This document shows, piece after piece, positions 26,161 through 39,117 of a stretch of 64,000 nucleotides of DNA. A program made the translations under genes and the position numbers. Position 1 is the stretch's first letter; every line of letters starts with the position of its first letter. The notes under the pieces were generated by a model that saw only the letters and a program-made list of their open reading frames with translations, was not told where the DNA came from and searched no databases. Origin of the DNA: Adineta vaga. Its lineage: Eukaryota > Animalia > Rotifera. The stretch spans positions 15,934,001 through 15,998,000 of the forward strand of contig CP075493.1 in NCBI GenBank assembly GCA_021613535.1, given 5' to 3'.

Positions 26161-27125
26161 ATCATCAAATTCTTCAAACATATCAATTGGTAACTCGATG
26201 TCTTCTCAACAATAATCGTTTGACACCAGTTGGTCGACATTTATTTTGTTTAACGCACGAAAGAAATTACTCGAACTGCAAGAATGTCCTTAACTATATG
26301 CCTGCTCATCCACAATTGAAACTAAAAACAAACAATATAGATAATCCATTAGTTATATGTGGTCTTGCTCGATCTGGTACAACATTTTTATATAACCTAC
26401 TTGCTCAAGATCCTCAATGTCGAGCACCGCTCTTTATGGATATGTTCGAACCAATTCCACCACTTTCTCGTTCTGACATAGACGGACAAATAGAACGCAA
26501 TAAAGTTGCAACTGCATTCAGTGACTCATTCGATCAATTAGGATTAACTGATTATGAACGAGAAACACGTGCTTCACATCCTTCTTCTGCATATGATGAA
26601 GATGCGCTTATTCTTATACAAGCAGGTCTGAATTGGCTTGATATGATACTCGTACCAGATAAAGATAGTGAATATTCAAAATGGTTCTTTGATAATCAAG
26701 ATAAAGATTTTGTTTATGAATATCATAAAATATATTTTCAAATGTTAAATAGTATTGATGCACCCGTAGTGATATAAGGGAGATTAGAAAAAAAAATTAC
26801 AGAATTGGTTCTACATACAGTTGATATTTCAACTGATCGAACAATCGAATTGCGTCGTAATAATCGTTCAACTTCGATTTATGATATATTTTATGAAGAT
26901 TTACTTTCACAACCCATATCAACTGTGCGTAAGATATACGATCATTTCGGACTCAAGTGGTCAGATGAATTTGAAATGAAGATGACTACATGGCTTCATG
27001 ATAATCCTCAAGGAAAACAGGGACACAATTCATATAGTCTAGAAGAATATGGATTAAAACAAGAGGTTATCGATGAATATAACAAGAAATACAGTGATAT
27101 ACTGATCAATAGATGCAATCAATAA
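26161..27125 (+). pseudogene. Bacterial-type sulfotransferase (Sulfotransfer_3-like), 5'-truncated with internal deletion
   Basis: ICGLARSGTTFLYNLLAQDP 5'-PSB loop; C-terminal YEDLL..PISTVRKIYDHFGL and PQGKQGHNSYSLEEYGL; the expected central W.LK.P.H/THRDP block after SIDAP is absent and the frame shifts. Confidence 0.8.
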
Positions 27126-27159
27126 AATAAAGAGACAAATGAAATAATTTTGTCCTTAA

Positions 27160-27404
27160 CCCTTTGGTGACGGGATAAATATTCCAGAACAGAATCATGA
27201 AATGAGAAACTAGTGCATATTAATCGACTTAATTTCAGTCTCTACTCTAAACGTTTTCGAGATAAATAATCTATATATGTATCACCCATCTCAACAATTA
27301 GGTCGATGTCGGTTGCACTTTATGAATAAAAAAAGTATATATCTAGGAGTTTCGATGAATTCATTACAAGTGGTATATATGGTGTACCGCCCGTCCTGAA
27401 AGGG
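27160..27404. mobile_element. piggyBac-type MITE, 245 bp
   Basis: TTAA on both sides (27156-59, 27405-08); TIRs CCCTTTGGTGACGGG / CCCGTCCTGAAAGGG (12 of 15 match). Confidence 0.8.
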
Positions 27405-27653
27405 TTAAAGTAAATATGAATAAGAGAAGAATACAATAATCATACTTATCCACACTATCAGTTTAATTGTAACTCTTGATTAACACTAAATCACTGGAAA
27501 ACGATAACTTTTTGTAATTTTATCTGTTTTTTTTTCAAAATAATAATTAATAATATTCGAGCAATAATCATTCATATAATCGTTGAAAATAGAAGCAAGG
27601 AACTCCAAAATTTAAATCTCTTCCTGGAAGTTAATTTTAGATAGTAACACATT

Positions 27654-27698
27654 TCTTGAGGGTGAAAATGTAGCCTATATACTCTCTCCCTCACCCTT
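27654..27698. repeat. Palindromic telomere-like site
   Basis: TCTTGAGGGTG...CCCTCACCCTT. Confidence 0.7.
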
Positions 27699-27831
27699 TC
27701 ATCGTCGAAATTAGAATGTTTTTCGCATACATTTATATATGGGTGAATTGCAAAATTATTGTACCGTTCGTAGTTCTGTATATAGAATTATAAAAAGTCG
27801 AGTTCTTCTTGGCCAATCTTTACGAAAATTT

Positions 27832-27890
27832 CTAGGGGTGGGTGTGGACGCGTGTCGTTACTCTCTTCACTCACACTCACACCCACATGA
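27832..27890. repeat. Palindromic telomere-like site
   Basis: TAGGGGTGGGTGTGG...CACTCACACTCACACCCACA. Confidence 0.75.
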
Positions 27891-28628
27891 GACGATTCTC
27901 AGAAAAGCTTCCGGTATGAAACTTATTCACCTTTGCATAAGCTTTCAGAATATCACATCATTTCTTGGGAAACACAGTTGTATTCATACAAATACCACCG
28001 ATAGTGTCCGTGACGGAATTTCACCAATTTTAGGCCTTGTCGGAAGAAAGTTTCTGAGATCAATATCTTAGTTCTGGATTAGAATTTTGCTGTAACTTCT
28101 ATTTCATCAGAGACCTAGCTCTGATGTGTACAAAGATCAGCACCTGATCGAACCATAGTTTGAGACTCATTCAGTCATTCCGATCGATCTCTTTTCCAAA
28201 AACGAGAAAAATTATAAAAATCATCATCTGTTTTTCTTCGATTTTTCGATGTATCCACCTTTAAAAATTTACTGAAAGGGTGTTTTGTGTTTAGGCCATT
28301 TCTAGACGCAACAGAAGAGAGTTTTCTAGATACTGGATGTTTTCTCAATAGAATTCCTTGTAGATAGAATGAGTTCTAGTTAATTCAATGGTTTGCAACC
28401 TTCTGCAGCGAAGGTGACCGTTGACTGGCCGTGCCGAATGGCACATATTTTTGGGCAGTCAAGCTATACTACTAGTCGCAACACGGTATTTTTTTTCTGT
28501 TCGAGTTAAGATTGTAATAGCTCAGCAAAGCGCCCATAGTGGTGTATCCGCGTTCAAAATAATAGCTTTCCCCTACGTTGCTGTCGTGCACTGCAAGCCT
28601 AACATCGTAGCTCTGATGGGAAAATATG

Positions 28629-28689
28629 TCGAGGGTGTGGTTGTACAAGCCTTAGTATTTGAACGCCTACATCCGCACCCACACACACA
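28629..28689. repeat. Palindromic telomere-like site
   Basis: TCGAGGGTGTGGTTG...CATCCGCACCCACACACACA. Confidence 0.75.
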
Positions 28690-28768
28690 TTAATCAAATA
28701 TTGTGTAGAAAACTTGTGAATGGTCTGTTGTTTTCGTACGTATAATTTATTGTTACAGTAGTTGTTTG

Positions 28769-30977
28769 TTAAGGTTCATTGCCGTATGTAACAATATCCT
28801 CCAAAATCATTACCATCGTATGCATGTATGCTGTGTCTACGTTCCAAGCAGTGAGCTTGATAAACAAAAATGGCAAGGCAAGTAAATAGTAGTCTTTACG
28901 AATTTCAGATGGTTCATATTGTGAAACTCCATATTTGATTAGTATTTGATGATAGAGTACAAGAGCTTGTGGTTCGAAAGAACGCCCTCGACCACTATGA
29001 TCATAACGAAGGAAATTGACAACATCAATCAGTCCGTTTGCGCGACAGCATCGTTCCCAATCGAGAAGCAGTATTTTATGGGGTTGATCACGTCGTCTAA
29101 ATATATTGTTCGACCAGAGATCACCATGCGAGAACGTGTAATGTTGATCATTCAATTTTTGAAAGAGATACGGAAGGTGAGTGAGCAGTCCTTTTGCATA
29201 AGCATATGCTTTATCAGACACTTTCGATTTCAGTGATTGTGTACGATTTTTGTCAGCAATAAAAGATGCGTATTCATTGTAATAATGTGTAACTAATGAC
29301 TTGATTAAAGGTAACCATGCGAACGTCTTTTGTTGTAACAATGGATGTTCGAAGAATTCTGCATGTAAAGACGCTATTGACGCTATTACCGAAAACAATC
29401 CTGAATGCTCCATCGAGTCTATGAGCACTAATGAATCATAGTTGACAGAAACGTCTTCGAAAAGGAGTAAACTCTCGTTACGAGGATGGGCACGTCTACC
29501 AATGTAATAGTATTTTGGAATTTCGATGCTAGAGATACGTGGTCCAAGCTTTGTATAAAATTCTGCCTCCGTTGAGCCAAAAACTTCAGTAGAATATGGG
29601 TTCGCTATTTTCAACACAATACTTTGCAGTGGACAACTCATACTATGAGGTGAATACTGAATCCTATAAAATACATAGACGCGACTGTTATACCCTTTTC
29701 CTATACCAATTTCTTTGAACTTGAAAGAAATTATTTCTACCGATGTGTTTGAATATGCAGAAGCCATATGTGAAAGCAATTCGGATGTTGCACTACTAAT
29801 GTTGTTAGAAAACGTGGAAAGAGCTGGTGGTAAGATAGGCAGTGCATCGACCGATGTGTCCCATAAATGATGCTGTAAGATGTACGTGGTGACATTATCG
29901 AGACGGGTACATCTTTGAAGAAGATGACGTGTGACAGACGGTTTACGTGCACAGGTACGTATGTTATTTGAAGGAAGCGTGATATGTTTTGCGTGGATTA
30001 TATGAAATCTGAAAGAGATACGAAAATATGAATGTAAAAGTATTTTAAAACATTTGATCTGACCGTTCTGGAAAGGACGATAATGTACGTATATCTTGCC
30101 ATTGTTTTTCATAATAATCCTGATCAGATTTGAGTTGATTATTTGTTTCAAATATACTCTTGTTGGATCCTCGGTTTATGATGTATATTGGTTGAAATCC
30201 CAATCTAATCATTTCGTCAGGTGGTCCATTGTAAGTAAATAAGTCTTCACCTGTTAACCAAAACACATCAATTCTTCTTCCATCAGGAAGTTGAGAGTGA
30301 AGACGAGAAATGAAAGCTTTCATTATAACGGATGACTTAGTATTGCACGGCTGGAATGTTTCAAATAGATCTACCATCACCCAGTTGAGATTTGTAATGG
30401 CAAGATTGATCATTGATAGACGATGACCGACTCCAATCATCTCTTTTGAGTTTAACTTGTTCGCAACATATCCATAATGTGAGGGAGATATATATGCAGC
30501 TAAGAATTCATGTGTTCCAAGATTATCAATGTACTGTTTCGCTTCTTGCAGCACAGTTATATGATCTGCATATATTGGAACAAAACTATCTCGGTAGAAA
30601 CAGACCGCTGGAGTCAGATTTGTTCGTTGTAATTTCAAGCGATGTTGAGGAAATCTATAGGTATCATCGAATTCAAATGAAGTTTTCACTGACCATGATA
30701 TATTTACTGCCGAACATAATGAATTATTGTCATATGTTTCAATATCGTTGGAAACAAATTTTAAACTAGGCAAATTTAAACGATTGAAAAAGCCACGAGT
30801 AGAAGAATGAAGAACATTCGACTTTTTGGCAACATTGTCGTATAAGATGCTATCAGGACGCAGTATAGAAGGTGCACGAAATACTGGAGTTTCTCTTTTT
30901 TGTTCTGCTAACATGAAAATAATAAGATAAACGTAGGTACAGCTTCCACGCATAATTAGATATTTCAATGCTATCAT
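28769..30977 (-). CDS. Nucleotidyltransferase (NMNAT/cytidylyltransferase-like) fused to an EcKinase/APH-like kinase
   Basis: N-half: SFVPIYADH (degenerate HxGH), YISPSHYGYV..K, HRLSMINLA, WLTGED; C-half: IGKGYNSRV, SHGDLWSNNIF, LLDWE; probable short intron near 30005-30062; start codon uncertain. Confidence 0.7.
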
Positions 30978-32487
30978 CTCTAATCTAAATAGTAAGTTGA
31001 GATACTTTTCAATGTTTGTTTTCTATGTATATTTTTTCATGTTGAGAGAACATATGTTCCTGAATTCAGCTGTCAGATTTTTGAAAACGAAAAACACACT
31101 CAATATTAAAATATGTTCTCTGGTTAAAAAATATATTTGGGTACGCTCAAACTTATGCATGTAAGACACGGTACTTGGTTACATTTGTCTTCCTAAATAA
31201 AAAACGATGCAGCCGAAAAGAAGAGAAAGTGAAAAAAGCAATCTTACTAGCAACAAACCGACGATTTTCAGCCACGTGTTTGCAACATAAATCGCTCCAT
31301 TCGTGCTTTATTTTTTTCTTGTTTACTGACTGTATATCTGCTTTCATGGTCTAGTTATATCGTCACGAGGCAAGTATTTTTCGTTCCTATTCTGATGGTT
31401 TACTGACTCAAGAAGAACGATGAAATAAAAAAATGCAGTTAGAGAAAAAGGTTTCATTTGTCAGAGACAAATAATGTATACTCACTCATGTTTCAACTAC
31501 GAAAAAGGTCCTTCAGGGTTATCAAACTCACTAACTTCATCAGTATTGTTTTGTATATGCTGAATATCTTCCAAGTACTACAAACAAGAGCAGGATATTT
31601 GATCTCGACCCTGTCATCAGTGTCATCGGTGGTGAATACGTATTTTTCTGTTCTCTTTCTGGAGAGAAGGGTCTTGCAAACATGAACTGTCTGCGTGTGT
31701 CCGCACACGTCACCGTGAGTTGATTCTGAAGAGAATTTTCGGTCGATAAGAATTGCCTATTCGGATTCGGCATACTTGATTACGCGATTACGCGCTGCCC
31801 CGTCGAGATCTCGACGATATATTTTTGATTTTTTCAAAAAAATCTGAAAAAAACTCCACCAGAATCATGAAGAAAAGTATATTTCCAACAAGATTGGAAC
31901 CTGTGTCGCGCTCATTGTGCTTCAAGCCGCTAACGAGGGAACATACCTAGATGTTTAAGCCCTTTAGATCCCATCTTTTGGCGATAGATAGACCTTAATG
32001 AGGGATGAAAAACCGCAAGAGGATTCGTGTTCTCGCGCCTTTGTTCCCGAGATTTTATGTTTTCAAGGTGAACACGAAAAATGGCCGAAATTAAAAATGT
32101 TCGGTTATAGAGAGGAGTACAGTATTCAGGTGAAACCTTTTTTCAGTTTCGCGCACTGCTCGTGCAACGTGTTCTGGAATTAGTGCCAGGTCGTATCTTA
32201 TCTGTGCCACTTCTACTCGTTGTTCATCAGCGTAACGAAATACGGAATGATGTTCTTCATATCTTTACGGACAAATGGAGAGGCACATTCAATGCCTTTG
32301 ATCTCGTTGTGGGCTTGATGTTAATTTGGCTGTGCACTACATCTAAATGAAACCAGCACACGCGTGTCATCCCGAAGGTCTTTTCACTAATAGCTGCACG
32401 TCCTGCTCAATGACATTACGTCTGTGTAATGCCATTCTTGGCACAATCAGCCTACAGAACATTCAGAATTCTTCACTTTGTATTGGA

Positions 32488-32551
32488 TAGAGTGTGAGTG
32501 TGGGTGAAGACGACAGAGACACTCTTACCATTACCTACCCACACCCTCAAG
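32488..32551. repeat. Palindromic telomere-like site
   Basis: AGAGTGTGAGTGTGGGTG-aagacgacagagacactcttaccatt-ACCTACCCACACCCTCAAG. Confidence 0.85.
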
Positions 32552-33644
32552 TTACAAGAAAAAAGGAACATCAACGGCAACGTAACGGACAAGTGCTTCT
32601 GATGTTACTTGCTCAATACGTTTATCGTAGTGAGTCTTTTGTCTTTGCGTTGATGCTTATTCTTGTGGAGTATGGCTTTTGTATGTCTCTTGCGTCTCCT
32701 CTACACTCCACTTTGGTTATACTAAGGTATGCTTTTCTTGTTCTTGCTTCAAGACACTAAATGTGATATGCATCAGTTGTCTACATTTGTAAAGTATGTC
32801 TTCAACTCTCAGCAATATAATTGCACAATTGTTATGTACATCGTACTCATCCGAATCGTATTCTCTCAAGGTTTTTGATTATAAATCGCTATCAACTATA
32901 TTAATCGTGTTTTGAAGAATATTGTCTGTTCGAAATAGAGAACAACTTAATTTTACTGTCAACAACGAATGTTTCCGACAAAATATGTTTCGTTGGGTGA
33001 AAATCTAACTGTTATATAAGAAAAGATGAATGATTATTGCGTGGCGACTATTGTCACTCAGATCATTTGCGCTCAGTCGGTTTGTGCTGGTAGAATTGCT
33101 GCTTCGGCGATTTCCTTGAGCCGAAATTGATCTGGTTCTCGGAATGTTCGAATAATATGTAGATGACAACTTAACTGAACATAGAACTACACCTCACGAT
33201 GGGAGAACGAAACACGACTACTGCTTTGATTTTGTAAGATAATCGATGAGTGATACCTGTAGATCACATTCAAGTACATACCATGCCAGTTTCTAGAACT
33301 CCAGCTTATTTTTCAGAATAGCTTTTACAAAGCCAACTTTGAAATTGTAGTCCAGAAAAGTTTTTACTGGTGAAACGATGTTTCGTCGCATTGGCTGTCA
33401 AATGCCGAAAACCGCAGGTCTTCATCTTGTTCTTAACAAAGGCTATTGAAAAAAATAGTCCCACGTACGGACTTTTTGGATGACTATAGAGAGGTTGTAT
33501 TTCTGGGAAAAAGAGCTAAACGAATTCTTAATGGAGCGTTACTTCTAAGTACATAATCACGAAACTGCAGGAATATATAATAACAACATAGATTTCATAG
33601 AACAACAGTGATATTTTCTCAGTTTTGCTTTCACTTTCTTCGAT

Positions 33645-34661
33645 TCAAAGACGAGTGACAGTTACATTGTTTGGTTGCAAATTCACACTGATGATATGAG
33701 TAATACGACGTGGTCTTTGATTAAAATAATTATTGAATCTGAACATTTTGACGAGTTCTTTTCTATAAACGCTAGCAGAGAAAATATAAAGAATAAAAAA
33801 CACAAAACAAAAGCCGAGTTGCCATATAATGGTGATTATTCGAATTGCGATAATGGAGGGCGTGACCATTGAAGGTACAAATGTGGTTAATATATAAGTT
33901 ATAGCAGAAGGTAAAGAGAATACAATATAACTACCTACTTGAATAATTAACATACGAGCTAACTGACTATCTGTACGACGAAAAGAATTCTGCTGAGCGT
34001 TATTCGTTACACCTGGTGCTACACGATGATTTTGACTTCGAATATTATGAACAGTCAACACACCGAATATGATCATAATCAACGGGGCTACAATATAATA
34101 AATCACAATTCGGCTGGAAAAATAAATAACAGTGAGTGTTGTTGAATATTGCATACATTGATTAGTATTGTAATTCCAATAATAAATGATTATGAATGGA
34201 CTCATGTAAACGATGTTCAGAATGGCGAGAATTATGATAACTCTTCGAGCCAAACGCACTTTACTTAAATTACGTAGACTTACCAAAGACGAACTTGCGA
34301 AAAAACGATCAACAGATGCGCATATTAACATCAATGCAATGAATAGTGACGCTGAATATATAGTAAATGATACCATTCTACAACTGAATGGTGAGTTGTT
34401 GCTTAAAGTTGTTCCAAAACGCGCACTAAGATACAAAGTCACGGGCGAAAGACTAACATAGAGTACATTGGCTAACGACAAAGCAAGAAAATAAAGAGTA
34501 CATGACGATGACCGAAGTGTTTTGCGACTAAGCACACAAATATTGATTGCATTTGTGACGAATACAAGCGTTATTGCGATGGGTAAAAAGATAACAGAAA
34601 CTTGATTGACTACATTGATTAAAGTGTATTGCATAGACGGCGATGTTATGGTAGTATTCAT
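33645..34661 (-). CDS. Class A 7TM GPCR, intronless
   Basis: Seven TM helices, SVDRF; same family as 5910-6875 (LRSSSCTLYFL, DSQLARMLIIQV). Confidence 0.9.
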   Translation of the reverse strand: MNTTITSPSMQYTLINVVNQVSVIFLPIAITLVFVTNAINICVLSRKTLRSSSCTLYFLALSLANVLYVSLSPVTLYLSARFGTTLSNNSPFSCRMVSFTIYSASLFIALMLICASVDRFFASSSLVSLRNLSKVRLARRVIIILAILNIVYMSPFIIIYYWNYNTNQCMQYSTTLTVIYFSSRIVIYYIVAPLIMIIFGVLTVHNIRSQNHRVAPGVTNNAQQNSFRRTDSQLARMLIIQVGSYIVFSLPSAITYILTTFVPSMVTPSIIAIRIITIIWQLGFCFVFFILYIFSASVYRKELVKMFRFNNYFNQRPRRITHIISVNLQPNNVTVTRL

Positions 34662-36467
34662 CACTGATATTATTCAATAGTTTTCAAATGTATTTTGATT
34701 TTGACGTTCTTAAGCTTCTCGAGATTCTGAGTGAGCAATGTGCTGACGATCTTATTCTCTTTATAGTTATTATTCTTTGTATGCGTCTTTATCATGTATA
34801 TGGAACTGACGTCAAAGGAAATACCGTTGGCTACAAGTAAATGAGTTTAGTTTTTCAAATAAATAATATCCTTAAAACATCTTCTATATTCCGACGAAAT
34901 TTTTATTGAATTTCTTCTCCCGACTAAAGGAAGTGTGTTGCGCAGAAAACTGACAGTAGAGTACATAACTTCTTGCCCTTACATTCCTTAGTGTTGTGTA
35001 CATTTCTGATAATGTATGTCAAGACCTTTTTTTATGGATTGATAGCTTGCGACTCGTGAACTATTTCCATATCGATCGATAGAGGATGTACTTATTTTCA
35101 GATGGAAAAAATCAATTAAAAGTTTTTAGTGACGTCGACGCTTTAACAAAATGTTTCGCCCTGCGAATAACATTAGTGGCGCTCGTCGAGGTAGACTCGC
35201 TTAACCCTCGACTGAATGACTAACAGTAAAAGTTTTCTCTTGCTGAAGTTATTCATAATAATTTGAATTTGACTATTCTGTACTCGTCATAGTCCTTTCT
35301 TTTAGCTTATAATCTTGAAAATCATGTCGTAGGTATTTAAAAAAAATGTTTTTTTTGACCTTTGACCCTGACACAAACAAACAAACTATTTTTTCTTATA
35401 TGACCCTCCTTTCAGTCGAGGGAACTGTAGTTCCTAGCATAACACATAACTAACCTTGTACCAAATTAAAACACATTGAAAACGAAATTTTCTGACACTG
35501 AACTGTATGGGTTATTAGAACTTTTCTGGTGTCATTTTGGTGTCAACATTAAGCTATTGTATGTTTTTTGGGATAAAAAACTATAAGACATGAGTGATTC
35601 GCCAGTGAACTTTATCGTTTTGTTTCGATATTTTCACACCATTCAATAGAGCTCGTCCAGCTCTGGAAAATTGTGTGTATCGCAAATTTTTAAATAGCTG
35701 GTTTTTTGTGATGAAAACATAAAAAACCACCTGAAAATGCTAAAACGTTACAGAATTCGATTTTTTTCATTTAAGGAAAACAACCAGGTATTTCATACTT
35801 ATTGAGTCAAGGAAATAAGTGCATCCTCTATTCATTGGTATATAAATGATTTACGATTTACAAGCTATGAATCCATAAAAAAGAAGTCTTGACATCCATT
35901 ATCCGAAACGTACAAAAGCTTTGAAATTATAAAAAATTCAACGGTAAGACTTTTTGCACTGTACTGGAAATGCGTTTGTATGTTTCTGTATCTCTGTCAG
36001 GTCTAAAGAAAACCAGATGAAAAGAACCATTCCAACGAACTCTGTCCTGAACAAGTCAATGGGGTTTCCGAGATAGGAAAGTCGAATGGCACCATTGGTT
36101 TGATAAAATTTGCATCTCGATATACTCAACCTACATAGAATGGATTGGTTCTTTTTGAGTTTTCTGAAACTTGAGAGCAACCGTGCACGGTGTCACTGAC
36201 AGAGTAGTTGACACAGCTTACGCTTATGCTGATATCTACATATTCGTATGAATATCTTTAATCTTCAGATTAGTCCTCATATGCCTCATATTGTCTTCTT
36301 ATGAAGATAAGCATTTAGTTGCTGACAGACTGTGGAAAGCGGACAAAGATTTAAACATACGCTTGGAGGGAGCTGTGCGTCAGTAGGAATGTTAATATTA
36401 CTTCCAGTTTGATGAGTTTTTTTTATGTAATCGATATCGCCACCATCAACTTGTCGGATAAGCTCAG

Positions 36468-36485
36468 ATCTTGAGGGTGTTGGTG
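36468..36485 (+). repeat. Half site (left arm only)
   Basis: ATCTTGAGGGTGTTGGTG with no right arm. Confidence 0.65.
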
Positions 36486-36489
36486 TTTA

Positions 36490-37230
36490 CATTTACCAAA
36501 TAAATTACGAACATTCGAAATAAACTCTTAACTCTCTAATATCTTTGATTTACTTGCTTCTAATAGAATTCTAATAGAATTATTCTATGCAAATTCTCAC
36601 GTTATACATTTTTGATGATACGCCCACTCTCTGTTTAGCTCATTGTTTTAGCCAATATTAATCGATATTTGACTATAGTTCTTCTTAATTTCAATTACGT
36701 GCATGGAGTTCAAGAAAAAAATTAAGTGAGCAATCATTTTATTCACTTTATTTATAATGAGTATTTATATTCATATGATAATTTATTATGATTTATATTA
36801 TACCATTAGTACATGTAACAAAGTAACAGTACAATGCAATCCATTACCGGGTTTCTATGGTGCTTTTCAAGCATTTTCACATTTAGTTATATTTAGTTGT
36901 TTACCAGTTACACTTATGTTTAGTTTTAGATTATTAACTTTAATTAATATTGATCAACAAAGACGATTAGTACGTCCAACGAATAATAATAATAATAATA
37001 ATGGTAGATAAAAACGAACACCTCGCTTGAATAATCAACTTTTGAAAATGTTATTTGTTCAAGTTTTATTAATTGTATTTATGACATTAGCATTAACAGC
37101 ACCAAGCAAATATGTTTATACAAATAACACAAGCATTTTCTTCTCTGGCATATTTAACCAGTTTTTATTTATTTACATATATATATATATATATGTACTT
37201 TATCTGAGAAGATATTTCGATACGAATTAA
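36490..37230 (+). pseudogene. Degraded, 5'-truncated class A GPCR
   Basis: LANINRY, FSCLPVTLMFSF, NQLLKMLFVQV in broken frames; TM1 absent. Confidence 0.65.
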
Positions 37231-37545
37231 AACTTTTATTCATTCGATTTCTACGATATTTTTATTGTTTTAGGAGAAATCATGGATTGGCAATCATCAA
37301 ATTAACACAATAAACACACACTCGACTAAATCGTTCAATATACACATTAATCTTATCAACTTTGCCTATTATTTAATTATTTGTTGCGAAGAAGAAACTC
37401 TTCTATGAATAATATTTTTATTTGATTTTATTTGATAAATATTATAGCAAAATCATTATATGAACGTTTAGTAAGTTCAAACGGATGAATTTTAGAAAAA
37501 CGAAGGCAAAATGTGATATTGCTTTTGTTGAGGTTTTTGACTTTA

Positions 37546-38260
37546 TCATTTAAAATATATTGAATGAAATTGTATAAGTAAATTAATTAAGTTTATATAG
37601 CAACATTTATGTATGGACGGTCGACACGTTTTCAACACGTCTTCTTTTCCATTTTCAACAATACCAATCAATGTTGTAACTACAGAAATTGCAGAGTTTC
37701 TTTTTACAACTATATAAGGACATTCATTATAATAATTTTCATACGATGTGGTTCCATTGCATTCTTCAATCATCAATTCTTTTAGTAGACCTCCAATAGT
37801 AGTTGTAATTGAAAATCGATTTGAAGTTAATGCACGCGGAACTATCTGATCTGTTGATTCGGATGATGTTAAGTAATCATTTAATTCATTAATACATGTT
37901 TGATTTTAAAAGCATTGAAGAGTCGATCGAAGTAAAGATTATTCAACAAGTAAACATCCAGAATAAAAACTGGTGCATCAACTATATCAATAATCTGATA
38001 AATAGAAGTTTGTATTTTGCACTTACTTGATCGATAACAATTACAATCAATACAGGGCGTTTCCCTTCAGGTTTTGTATTAGTATATAGTATATATATAG
38101 CAAAATTAATTCCTTTCAATGTAGAAAAAAATTACCAGTTGTTGATGATCGATCATTATCAATGAATGATTGTGATTGTGATTGAAATAATAATTCAGGT
38201 GTCAGAAATGCAGTTACATATTGAGTTAATTTGAATTGTATCAAACTATTAAAAATTGTA
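37546..38260 (-). pseudogene. Degraded fragment of the family at 1-2735
   Basis: SYENYYNEC, GCLLVE..RSTLQCF, TTTIGGLLKELMIE motifs with stops and frameshifts; ends at the 38263 site. Confidence 0.55.
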
Positions 38261-38262
38261 TT

Positions 38263-38324
38263 TTGAGGGTGAGGGTGAGGTGGAAGGTAACTTATTTACG
38301 CATCAATCTTGGCCTCACCCTTGA
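38263..38324. repeat. Palindromic telomere-like site (TGAGGG variant)
   Basis: TTGAGGGTGAGGGTGAGG...CCTCACCCTTGA. Confidence 0.8.
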
Positions 38325-38646
38325 TTTCCAAGCAAGAAGCTTTATATATTTGATATTCGAGATTATTCTTTGTCTTTATTGGTGTTTTTTCCAACAACAC
38401 ATGAGAAGTATGTACACAGTGGGTTTTTTCCAGGTGAAACTATTAAGCAAACATAATGTTCTTTTCTCTTCACATATAAATGGCATAGTATTCAAAAGCC
38501 AAGTTACAGTGTTTCCTCCATCTTGTGAAAAAATGTTGGATTTTTTTCATGAGAAATAAGACCATTTGATTTTACTAGTTGTCATAAAGTTTTAAAAAGA
38601 TTTTATCATTGACCTTCTCTTTCAGATTCTATTCGACGTTCTGTAC

Positions 38647-39117
38647 ATGGCGTTTCTCAAACGTTTTAGTCTTCAATATCAAGAATTTTTGAAAGATCCA
38701 GCTCCATTATGTTATGCACAACCCAATGATCTCGAAAAAGATCTCACCCATTGGAGCGGGTATATTGATGGTCCACCACAAACACCATATACCAATGGAC
38801 GATTCTATCTTAGCATAGATTTTCCGTCAGATTATCCATTCAAACCACCCATTGTTCGTTTCACTACACCAATCTATCATCCAAATATTAGTACAAAAGG
38901 TGAAATATGCCTCGATATTCTTCACTCTCAATGGTCTCCCGCACTGAGTATTCGTGCTCTCTTAGTATCAATATGTTCCTTATTAACTGATCCAAATCTT
39001 GATCATGGATTGAATCGCGAAGCATTGAAATGTTATGAAACAGATGTCAAACAATTTGAAACGATAGCGAGTCAATGGACACAAAAATATGCTTCGAATA
39101 AACTCAATTCAAAATAA
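38647..39117 (+). CDS. Ubiquitin-conjugating enzyme E2 (UBE2D/Ubc4-like), intronless
   Basis: GPPQTPY, FPSDYPFKPP, YHPNI..GEICLDIL..QWSPAL. Confidence 0.95.
   Translation: MAFLKRFSLQYQEFLKDPAPLCYAQPNDLEKDLTHWSGYIDGPPQTPYTNGRFYLSIDFPSDYPFKPPIVRFTTPIYHPNISTKGEICLDILHSQWSPALSIRALLVSICSLLTDPNLDHGLNREALKCYETDVKQFETIASQWTQKYASNKLNSK

Noticed and set aside
36982-37195. (AAT)n and (TA)n microsatellites, also (CAT)n near 12868
   Set aside because: Ordinary simple repeats.
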